64,000 bases of DNA from Vulcanimicrobiota bacterium. Its GTDB lineage: Bacteria > Vulcanimicrobiota > Xenobia > Xenobiales > JADMJV01. Positions within the stretch are counted from its first letter, which is position 1, and each line of letters opens with the position of its first letter. The position numbers and the translations under genes are program-made. Positions 56,931 to 64,000 of the stretch are shown piece after piece. The stretch lies in NCBI GenBank assembly GCA_019637395.1, contig JAHBVR010000012.1, positions 1,842-65,841 on the forward strand. The letters are read 5' to 3'. Below the pieces are notes generated by a model. The model ran no database searches. It was given only the letters and a program-made list of their open reading frames with translations, and was not told where the DNA came from.

Positions 56931-57662
56931 ATGCACAAAGTCAAAGTCGCAATCTTAGTTCGCAGCAACTACTGGCACTTCCCCGCAGGCCCCGTCAACG
57001 GCGCCACCCACCGCAGCGTTCCGGATATCATGCGCGCTATTCGGCGGGCCGGCGGCGAACCGGTGCTGGTTTATCAAGACGGCGCCGCCCGGCCCGAACA
57101 GTGGGACGCGCTGGTAATTCCGGGAGGCAACGACCTTCATCCCGGCTGGTACGGCCAGGCTCCCCACAGCAGCGTCGACTTGAACAATGTCGACATCGAA
57201 TTTGATCGCTTCCAGTTGCGCTGGACGCGCTGGGCCCTCGAGAACGACAAGCCGGTGCTGGGCATCTGCCGCGGAATGCAGGTCCTCAACGTGGCCAGCG
57301 GTGGCGACCTGGTTCAGGACGTGGCCCACCATTGCTCCCCCGAATTGCTCAACGACCCCAGCCGCCGCCGCGACCCCGCCCACGGCATTCACGTCGCCCC
57401 CGGGTCAAGAATGCATCAAATCCTGGGAGACGACTACGTGCGTGTCAACTCCATCCACCATCAAGCCGTCCAGCGCATCGGCGAGCGATTCCATCCGGTA
57501 GCCTGGGCTCCCGACGGAGTGGTCGAAGCCATCGAAGGCCGCACTTCGCCCTGGCAACGCGGTGTCCAGTTCCATCCCGAAGATATGCAGGAAAGCGCTC
57601 CTTTTCAGGCTCTCTTCGAGTCTCTCGTCGAAGACACGAGGACTAATCAAGGCCGCGGGTAA
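56931..57662 (+). CDS. Class I glutamine-amidotransferase-like gamma-glutamyl hydrolase (peptidase C26, PuuD-like)
   Basis: 'LVIPGGNDLHPGWYG', nucleophile 'LGICRGMQVLNVASGG', 'NSIHHQAV'; GAGGA RBS. Confidence 0.85.
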   Translation: MHKVKVAILVRSNYWHFPAGPVNGATHRSVPDIMRAIRRAGGEPVLVYQDGAARPEQWDALVIPGGNDLHPGWYGQAPHSSVDLNNVDIEFDRFQLRWTRWALENDKPVLGICRGMQVLNVASGGDLVQDVAHHCSPELLNDPSRRRDPAHGIHVAPGSRMHQILGDDYVRVNSIHHQAVQRIGERFHPVAWAPDGVVEAIEGRTSPWQRGVQFHPEDMQESAPFQALFESLVEDTRTNQGRG

Positions 57663-57696
57663 TACATATGCATAGAGCGCGAGGAGACGAATTAGA

Positions 57697-58413
57697 GTGG
57701 CAACTGCGATGGACATCGTACACTGCTTCAAGCCGGCCGAACACCTGGACCAAGCCATTTACCGGGATCTGTTGAAAAGCCGCCAGAAAGGCGCGGACGA
57801 ACTGCGCTTCATCAGCTTACTGGGAGGCAAGGAAGAAGCCACGCTGGTTTACGAGATTTTGCGGCTACCACAGCGGCAGGTTCAGTCAGAATACAGCTCG
57901 CTGGGCAAAGTGGCGCTGACCGCGCTGCTCTTCACCCGAGCCCTCTTCAGTGGCAAGTCGTCCCACTGGGCCGGCGCCCTGAGCGCCGGCGCCATCACCA
58001 TGTTCGACGGCGAGGAAACGCTGCAGCGCGCCAAGGGCGCCCTCCAGCGCATCAGCCGGGCGGGCAGCCTGGGCAAGGCCACCGTGCGCCTCACCCCCAG
58101 TGAAGCCGTGCTCGTCTACGAAGGCCAGCAGGTGCACATCTCGCTGGCCCCCATGCGCCAGGTAGTCCTGCGCGCCGTGCGCGGAGCGGTGGATAGCCAG
58201 GAAGTCTACTACTGCATCCACATCGATCTGCAGGACGGCCGCGTCCTGCCGGTCATTCGTTCGCACCAGGCCGTCGAAGCGCGCCGGCTGGCCCACCAGT
58301 TAGCCAACGCCCTGCATCTGGCCATGAGCTTCCAGAATGTGGACGTCAGCGAAGTCCCCAACGGCTACAGCTGGGAGATGGGCCCGCAACTGGTCGAGCC
58401 CGCCCTCAACTAA
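57697..58413 (+). CDS. Hypothetical protein (238 aa)
   Basis: GTG start with GAGGAG RBS (alternative ATG 57709); no motif recognised. Confidence 0.5.
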   Translation: MATAMDIVHCFKPAEHLDQAIYRDLLKSRQKGADELRFISLLGGKEEATLVYEILRLPQRQVQSEYSSLGKVALTALLFTRALFSGKSSHWAGALSAGAITMFDGEETLQRAKGALQRISRAGSLGKATVRLTPSEAVLVYEGQQVHISLAPMRQVVLRAVRGAVDSQEVYYCIHIDLQDGRVLPVIRSHQAVEARRLAHQLANALHLAMSFQNVDVSEVPNGYSWEMGPQLVEPALN

Positions 58414-58813
58414 AGCGCGAGTAAACGATCAAGCCGCAAAGCAGCAAGCACAGCACGTAAGTGCCAGAAGCACCGATGCGACGCAGAATGGTGGGGCGAC
58501 GGAGGCTGTAAAGCAAGATGCTGGCGGCGTGGCAGACGCGTACCAGCACCACGGCCGGCCCCAGCCACACGGCCCAGGCCGGCATCCCCGAGCCCATGGC
58601 CGCGATCACCGAGCAGACCAGCAGCAGAATGCACAGGATCGGACCATATTCGCAGGCATTGCGATGAGCCACGATGGCTCGGTACAGGCTGTTCTCGGGG
58701 TCCTCATCACAACCGTGCGACCGCTTCAAGATGATACGATTCAGACTGCAGTTCAGGGCCAGCAAAATCTGCAGCGCCGCCAGACAGGCCACCGAGACGA
58801 AAGTGTATGTCAT
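58406..58813 (-). CDS. MAPEG-family membrane protein (MGST-like)
   Basis: 135 aa, 3-4 TM, 'RAIVAHRNACEYGPI' (MAPEG R..HRN..E motif); start ATG overlaps the M48 stop (ATGA). Confidence 0.6.
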   Translation of the reverse strand: MTYTFVSVACLAALQILLALNCSLNRIILKRSHGCDEDPENSLYRAIVAHRNACEYGPILCILLLVCSVIAAMGSGMPAWAVWLGPAVVLVRVCHAASILLYSLRRPTILRRIGASGTYVLCLLLCGLIVYSRFS

Positions 58814-59847
58814 CAGCGCACCTTCAGCCAGACCAGCCTCTCCCCTTCCGAACCGTCGCGGCTGGCCAGGCCGAAGCGGGAAACACCGCCCCGCATAACC
58901 CGTTGGGCCACTCCCAGCGTCAGTAATCGGCGCTCCAGAGCATTGTCCGACTCGCCGGCGGGACTGACCAGCAGAAAGCCTTCGGCATCCAAATTCATAT
59001 GCTCGAGTTGCCCGCGGCAGCTGCTCATCAGGTGCGGATCTTGCTTCCACCCTGAGGACTGCACCACCGCCTGGGTCAGTCGATTCAACAACGAGGACGT
59101 GCGCACGGGAGACACCGGAGTGGTTCCAACACCCGCCCGAAAGGCCAGCGGCGGAATATATTTGTAGGAATCGGTGATACGGTCCTGAGGCATAGGATGA
59201 CTGCCTACCATGGCGTTGATAAAGTCCGGCGTCTGGCTGGTATGCTTGCCCGCCAGGGTGCGCAAAGCCACCAGAGCGTAGGCCGGATCATAACCGGCCC
59301 GGGCCATCATGGCCGTGCCCAGACGATCCGCCTCCGATTCATCGGCCTGGCTGAAGCGACTACCCAACATCTGATCGAGCACGGCGGCGGCCTGCACCGA
59401 CTGCTGATCGATGCGCCCGCCGCTGAGACTGACCAGCACCGCCAACCAGCCCACCTTGCGCTTCTGCTCGTTCTCCATCTGGTTGATCGAGTGGCGCTGT
59501 ACCACGTGTGAGATCTCGTGGCCGAGCACGAAAGCGATCTCCCCGTCGCTCATGCCGCGCAGCAACGAGCGCGTGGCATATACGAAACCGCCCGGCAAGG
59601 CCATGGCGTTAAATTCATCGGTGGCCAGCACCTTAAACTGGAACTGAATGTCGTTGCGGCCGCAAACCCGGGCCAGGGCCTGACCAATGGTCTGCAAGCG
59701 GCGGTTGAGATCGGGGGAATTGTCGATACCGGAGCGGGCTTCGATCTTCTGCGCGGCCGAACGCCCCAGAGCCACTTCCTGCTCGGTGCTGACCTCACTC
59801 CAGGCGGCGCAACTCAACAGCAGGCAAAACAGCAGGCGAAACACCAT
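58813..59847 (-). CDS. Secreted M48-family zinc metalloprotease (BepA/HtpX-like)
   Basis: Signal peptide 'MVFRLLFCLLLSCAAWS'; 'FVLGHEISHVVQRH' (HExxH) and downstream 'E' plus 'GSHP' elements. Confidence 0.85.
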   Translation of the reverse strand: MVFRLLFCLLLSCAAWSEVSTEQEVALGRSAAQKIEARSGIDNSPDLNRRLQTIGQALARVCGRNDIQFQFKVLATDEFNAMALPGGFVYATRSLLRGMSDGEIAFVLGHEISHVVQRHSINQMENEQKRKVGWLAVLVSLSGGRIDQQSVQAAAVLDQMLGSRFSQADESEADRLGTAMMARAGYDPAYALVALRTLAGKHTSQTPDFINAMVGSHPMPQDRITDSYKYIPPLAFRAGVGTTPVSPVRTSSLLNRLTQAVVQSSGWKQDPHLMSSCRGQLEHMNLDAEGFLLVSPAGESDNALERRLLTLGVAQRVMRGGVSRFGLASRDGSEGERLVWLKVR

Positions 59848-62800
59848 CAGTTCTTACTCTTCACCATTTGATTCAGGCGATCATCCGCCTGGCGAATGCG
59901 CGCGGTCAGCACTTTGATGATCTCGAAAGCCATTTCCGGCATTTGCTCGACCAGATCTTTCAACTGCTCGCCCTTCAAGACCAGCAAGCGCGAATTGCGC
60001 TCTACCACCACGCTGGCGCTACGCGGTTCATCGTCCAGAATAGCCATTTCACCAAAGTAGTTGACACCCTCTAGACGAGTCAGCAACAATTCCTGGCCGC
60101 TGCCCCGAGCCTTGACGATTTTGACGGTGCCGTCCAGCAGGATATAGAGTTCAGCCCCCAACTGGCCTTCCTCGAAAACCACCTCGCCGGCCAGGTACTC
60201 TACTTCTTCCAGTCGCTGATCGATGGCCACCAATTGCTCCAGATTCATCTGAGCAAATAGAGGCACTTTGCGCAGCACCAGTAGTCGTTCCACTTTTTCC
60301 TCCTCGGCGTCGTCCCAAGACTTCTCTCCGCGCAGCCATTCCACCGCCTGGCTCAGCCAGGGATCGTAAGCCAGCCACTGACTGGAGCAAAAAGCCTCCC
60401 AGTCGGCCTGGCGGACCAGCGCAGCGGGTAGATCGCTCATTTTATCGCGCAGGTCGCCACTTTCCAACAACAAAACCAGAAGCTGCGAGGCCTCCCGATC
60501 TCCCAGATTGGAAAGCACTTCCAGGGCATCGGCCCGGGCGCGCAGGTTGGTAAAGCGCAGCACCTTTTCCACGCTGCGGATGACTTTGGGAGTCTCGATC
60601 CCGGCCAGGATGTCGAAGACCAGCTTGCGGCTGCGCTCGCCTGCGTTGTCCAAACAAAGTTGCAGATAGTCCAATTGCACCTGGGGAGCGTCGCCCTGGG
60701 GCAGTTTCAGCAGTGTGCACACCCACAACTGTTGCACTTGCGCACGCAGCATACGGGTCAGGCGCTCCCGACTCTCGCGCCGGCCGCTCTGGCTCAAACA
60801 TGCCACCGCCGCCCGGGCCGTGTTGCCCGAGGCCGACTCCAGATAAGGAGCCAGAATCGGCCCCAAATCCAGCGGGCAGGCGGCCAGGACCAGAATGCAG
60901 CGGTCTCGGCTGGCTTTGGAAGTCTCCTCCAGATGGCGGCTGATGCGTTGCCAGACCTCGTTCTCGGCAGGAATCAATTCCTGGTGGCTGTGCAAAAGTT
61001 GCAGGGCGGCTCGCCGCACCGGCGCCTCGCGCCGGTCCAACGCTTCCAGGGCGGAGAGAACCCAGACGCGCCGCCGGCCCTGCTCCTCGCCCGGAAAGTC
61101 AGCCAGACGCAACAAAGCGGCTCGAGCCACGCGCGCGGAAGAATGAGCGCAGCGGGACACCAGCTCGCTGCTCAAGTTCAAGGGAGTGTGGCGCAAGGCC
61201 GCTACCACCGTCGGCGGGTCCCCGTCGGCCAACATGGCCAGCAGGCACTGGCTGGCTGCGGCCGCTTCCTTGCCTTTAGGCAACCCGATCAACAGAGAAG
61301 CGGCCAGCGCGCGCACTTCCGTCTGAGCATCCTGCATACAGGCAACCAACCAGCCGGGCACCAGACCGGGTTTCAGCTCGCCCACGGCACGCAAAGCGGC
61401 CAGACGAATTTCCGGCTCGGGGCTGGCGGCGCACTCCTGCAACAGCCGCCAATCGCGCGGCCAACCGGGCTGAGCCAGGGCCTGCAGACAGACGCGCCGC
61501 AGCCAGGTTGGCACCTCGTTCTCGCGAGCGGCCACCTCGGCCAGCGGAGCCCAGGCCTGGCGGCTGGCCAGGGTCTGGGCCAGACGCAAAATAGCCGGGT
61601 CCGGACTATCCGAAGCCTCACGGCACAGGTCTTGCCAGAGATTGGTGAGACGCTGCAATTCGGAAGCCGCGAACCCCCCGCTGAGTTCTTCCAAATCGAG
61701 GCGTCCGGCCTGCACCTCGTCAATCATAGTGTGCAAGTAGGAACTGCGCACCGCCCAGTTGGCGGCGAAATAGAGCGCCGCTGTGGTCAGACCCAGACCG
61801 TACATCCAGGGGGCCGGTTCGGCTCCGGAACCGACCGCCCACAGGATCAATCCGGCCAAAGCCATGGCCGCATAGGTGACCAGGCCCTCCAAGAAAGCGC
61901 GCACACGGCCGCGCGAGCGCGCCGGCAGCGCATTATAGACCAATCCGCGAATAGGACTGGCCACCGCGTTCTCGAGACTCTCGCGGGTAGCTCTCAGCAT
62001 AACCGCGGTGGCCAGATTGGGCATGACACAGATGGCTAGAAAGCTGAGACAGGTGGCGGCGGAATGAACCTGGTTGGCATTGGCCACACCCAGTGTGCGA
62101 ATCAGCCAGGGGGTCACGGCCACTTCCACCACGATCTCCAGTCCATTGGTGATGGCCAGCAGGCGGCTCAAAAAGGCGGCCAACTGCTCGCTGTCCGGGT
62201 AGCTGGCCAGGATGATGCTCGAGTAGAGGTATTGACCGAGAAAGGCGGCCAAAATCATGCAGGCGCAGGAGACCACCAGTTGCTGCCCCAGTCGCGATTG
62301 GCGCAAATAGTTAGCGGCGTTGCGCATCTCACTGATACTGGTTTCGTCGGCTTCCTCCAGCTCCAGCGGGCCCCAGCGGCGCAGCAAACGGCGACTGAAC
62401 CGCAATTGCAGCAGCGCCAGCAAGAGAAAGAAAGGCCACAACAAGAGCAGTTCTTCGGAGCGCACGAACGGCCCTAGCGCGGTGACCACAAAAGCCCCCA
62501 GCATGCCGCCGAGACTGGCGCCGACCACAAACAGCGGAAAAAGTCGCTTGGAGGCCAGCGTATCGAAAAAGTCTCCGGTAAAGGTCCAGTAGTGGTTGGT
62601 GAGGATGCATTGGCTCAAATAAAAGAGACTCACCAGCGCAAAATAAAGTCCGGGCACCTGGCGAGTCAGGCCCGCCCAAACCAGCAGGACCAGGGCCGCC
62701 AGACCACCCAGCAGGCGGATAAAATAGCGGTCATTCTTGGCCCGGTGCACGCCCAATGCATACAGGAGACTGCCCAGCACGGTGGTAATGGCCGCGATGA

Positions 62801-62966
62801 GAAAGCTGAGAGGCAAGGCGGCCGGACCGTGATGGGCCAGCAGCAGCGATTCGCTGAGCACCAGGCCCACCGTTTGAGCCAGATTGAGCAACAACGAAAG
62901 CAGCAAAAAAAACGCAAAGCGCGCCATTTCAGGCGCGCGCACCTGAGGGAAGAGCCAGCGGATCAT
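59847..62966 (-). CDS. Multidomain membrane protein: N-terminal 12-TM MFS/TLC (ATP:ADP-translocase-like) transporter domain, HEAT/PBS-lyase repeats, C-terminal cyclic-nucleotide-binding domain
   Basis: About 430-aa polytopic N-terminus; central alpha-solenoid with repeated 'LLxDxDxxVRxxAAxALG'-like units; cNMP domain 'FGEMAILDDEPRSASVVVERNSRLLVL' plus 'GELYILLDGTVKI'. Confidence 0.75.
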   Translation of the reverse strand: MIRWLFPQVRAPEMARFAFFLLLSLLLNLAQTVGLVLSESLLLAHHGPAALPLSFLIAAITTVLGSLLYALGVHRAKNDRYFIRLLGGLAALVLLVWAGLTRQVPGLYFALVSLFYLSQCILTNHYWTFTGDFFDTLASKRLFPLFVVGASLGGMLGAFVVTALGPFVRSEELLLLWPFFLLLALLQLRFSRRLLRRWGPLELEEADETSISEMRNAANYLRQSRLGQQLVVSCACMILAAFLGQYLYSSIILASYPDSEQLAAFLSRLLAITNGLEIVVEVAVTPWLIRTLGVANANQVHSAATCLSFLAICVMPNLATAVMLRATRESLENAVASPIRGLVYNALPARSRGRVRAFLEGLVTYAAMALAGLILWAVGSGAEPAPWMYGLGLTTAALYFAANWAVRSSYLHTMIDEVQAGRLDLEELSGGFAASELQRLTNLWQDLCREASDSPDPAILRLAQTLASRQAWAPLAEVAARENEVPTWLRRVCLQALAQPGWPRDWRLLQECAASPEPEIRLAALRAVGELKPGLVPGWLVACMQDAQTEVRALAASLLIGLPKGKEAAAASQCLLAMLADGDPPTVVAALRHTPLNLSSELVSRCAHSSARVARAALLRLADFPGEEQGRRRVWVLSALEALDRREAPVRRAALQLLHSHQELIPAENEVWQRISRHLEETSKASRDRCILVLAACPLDLGPILAPYLESASGNTARAAVACLSQSGRRESRERLTRMLRAQVQQLWVCTLLKLPQGDAPQVQLDYLQLCLDNAGERSRKLVFDILAGIETPKVIRSVEKVLRFTNLRARADALEVLSNLGDREASQLLVLLLESGDLRDKMSDLPAALVRQADWEAFCSSQWLAYDPWLSQAVEWLRGEKSWDDAEEEKVERLLVLRKVPLFAQMNLEQLVAIDQRLEEVEYLAGEVVFEEGQLGAELYILLDGTVKIVKARGSGQELLLTRLEGVNYFGEMAILDDEPRSASVVVERNSRLLVLKGEQLKDLVEQMPEMAFEIIKVLTARIRQADDRLNQMVKSKN

Positions 62967-63967
62967 TGGACCGGACCGAGCTCGGCCAGGCGAGCAATCA
63001 CCTCATTCGCGGTCTGATAACGCTGCTTGGGATCTTTGGCCAGCAACTTGGTCACGATAGCGTCCAGGTCGGGCATGGCCAGACCTTGCTCAAAAAGACT
63101 GGGGATAGGAGACTTTAAATGCATCATGACCGTCTTTTCCGGACTCTCGCCCAGAAAAGGCGGCACACCCGCGATCATCTCATAGAGCACGCAGCCCAGT
63201 GCATAGAGGTCGGAGCGCTCGTCGGCAATCCCCGTGTCCTGCATGCGCTCGGGAGCCATATATTCCGGAGTCCCAAAGGCCAGTCCGCGCGCCTTCTTAG
63301 CCTTGGGACCCCGATCGGACACCGCCGAGATACCGAAATCCATCACCTTGATACTGCGCCGGCTGGTCACGAAGATGTTGCGCGGTGAAATATCCCGATG
63401 AATGACTCCGCGCGCATGCGCCCAGCTCAAGGCGTCGGCCACGCCGCGAGCCACTCCCACCGCTTCCGACTGAGTGAGCGGACCGGTTTCCAGGATGGAA
63501 TCCAGCTCCTGGCCCTCCAGGTATTCCATCACGAAATAAGGGATTTTCGAGAAACCGGCGGCCCGGTAGGTGCCCGCGTCCAGCACTTTCACGATGGAAG
63601 GATGGCGCAAGTCGATACCGATTTGAGCCTCACGTTCGAAAGTCGAGACAAAGGTGCGGTTGCGCAGAGGCCCGCGATGGGGAATCTTGATGGCTACTGT
63701 CTGCCCTTGCGCATCCACCCCATTGTAGACGGTAGCCGTGCCCCCATCGGCCAGCAACACGCCCAACTCAAACTCGCCCACTTTACCGTCCTTGGGAAGG
63801 GGGGCGGCTTCGGCCCAGTCCTTCGGCACATGAGTGCGCATGCGCCGCCGGAGCACGGTTCCCAAGATGACCACCCCCAGGGTCACGCCCCCAACCACCG
63901 CCGGAGAAAACTCGGGAAGCGAGAAATCAGGCGGCGGGCGCTTGGTCGAGGTCTGCTTCTTGGCCAA
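62963..63967 (-). CDS. Membrane-anchored Ser/Thr protein kinase (Hanks type)
   Basis: 'IHRDISPRNIFV' (catalytic loop), 'DFGIS' (DFG), 'GTPEYMAPE' (APE); N-terminal TM 'GVTLGVVILGTVL'; 4-nt overlap with the downstream gene. Confidence 0.9.
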   Translation of the reverse strand: MAKKQTSTKRPPPDFSLPEFSPAVVGGVTLGVVILGTVLRRRMRTHVPKDWAEAAPLPKDGKVGEFELGVLLADGGTATVYNGVDAQGQTVAIKIPHRGPLRNRTFVSTFEREAQIGIDLRHPSIVKVLDAGTYRAAGFSKIPYFVMEYLEGQELDSILETGPLTQSEAVGVARGVADALSWAHARGVIHRDISPRNIFVTSRRSIKVMDFGISAVSDRGPKAKKARGLAFGTPEYMAPERMQDTGIADERSDLYALGCVLYEMIAGVPPFLGESPEKTVMMHLKSPIPSLFEQGLAMPDLDAIVTKLLAKDPKQRYQTANEVIARLAELGPVQ

Positions 63968-64000
63968 AGTTCAGGTCAGCTCTCGGTGACATCGTCCACC

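Overview
This 64-kb window is a high-GC (about 62-64%) bacterial chromosomal segment with very high coding density: roughly 65 protein-coding genes, one tRNA-Arg(CCT), no rRNA and no CRISPR array. The gene content (bacterial major-vault-protein homolog, several Hsp70 paralogs, caspase-like protease, Ser/Thr kinase, large TPR protein, P450, many secreted proteins) fits a large-genome soil bacterium such as a myxobacterium-like delta-proteobacterium, but that is inference only. Housekeeping genes: efp; gor-sucA-sucB-lpd; ccsB(resB)-ccsA (System II cytochrome c biogenesis); a ketopantoate-reductase-family gene; NUDIX; an orphan ABC ATPase; a PMT-like GT39 glycosyltransferase. Accessory and signalling content: (1) a hybrid sensor kinase / single REC / GAF-GGDEF / membrane-anchored orphan DctP cluster; (2) a tightly coupled operon of a small DUF2760-like protein plus two atypical Hsp70 paralogs, sitting behind a 63-bp tandem double-hairpin repeat; (3) a monocistronic bacterial major vault protein homolog; (4) a MazEF-like TA plus site-2-protease islet bounded by ~50-bp direct repeats that copy the 3' end of a neighbouring hydrolase gene; (5) a run of 13 same-strand genes (38.2-52.0 kb) that joins P450, DUF885, TerB, Suc_Fer-like, ccsBA, TPR, a secretin-N-domain protein, a caspase-like protease and an ATP-grasp protein; (6) a Ser/Thr kinase / TLC-like transporter-HEAT-cNMP / M48 / MAPEG operon; (7) decayed DUF433/DUF5615 TA remnants, a frameshifted small XRE-HTH gene at a homopolymer, a DUF559 mini-gene, and several tandem or inverted repeats in intergenic spacers. 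All domain assignments were made by eye from motifs; none is a database result.
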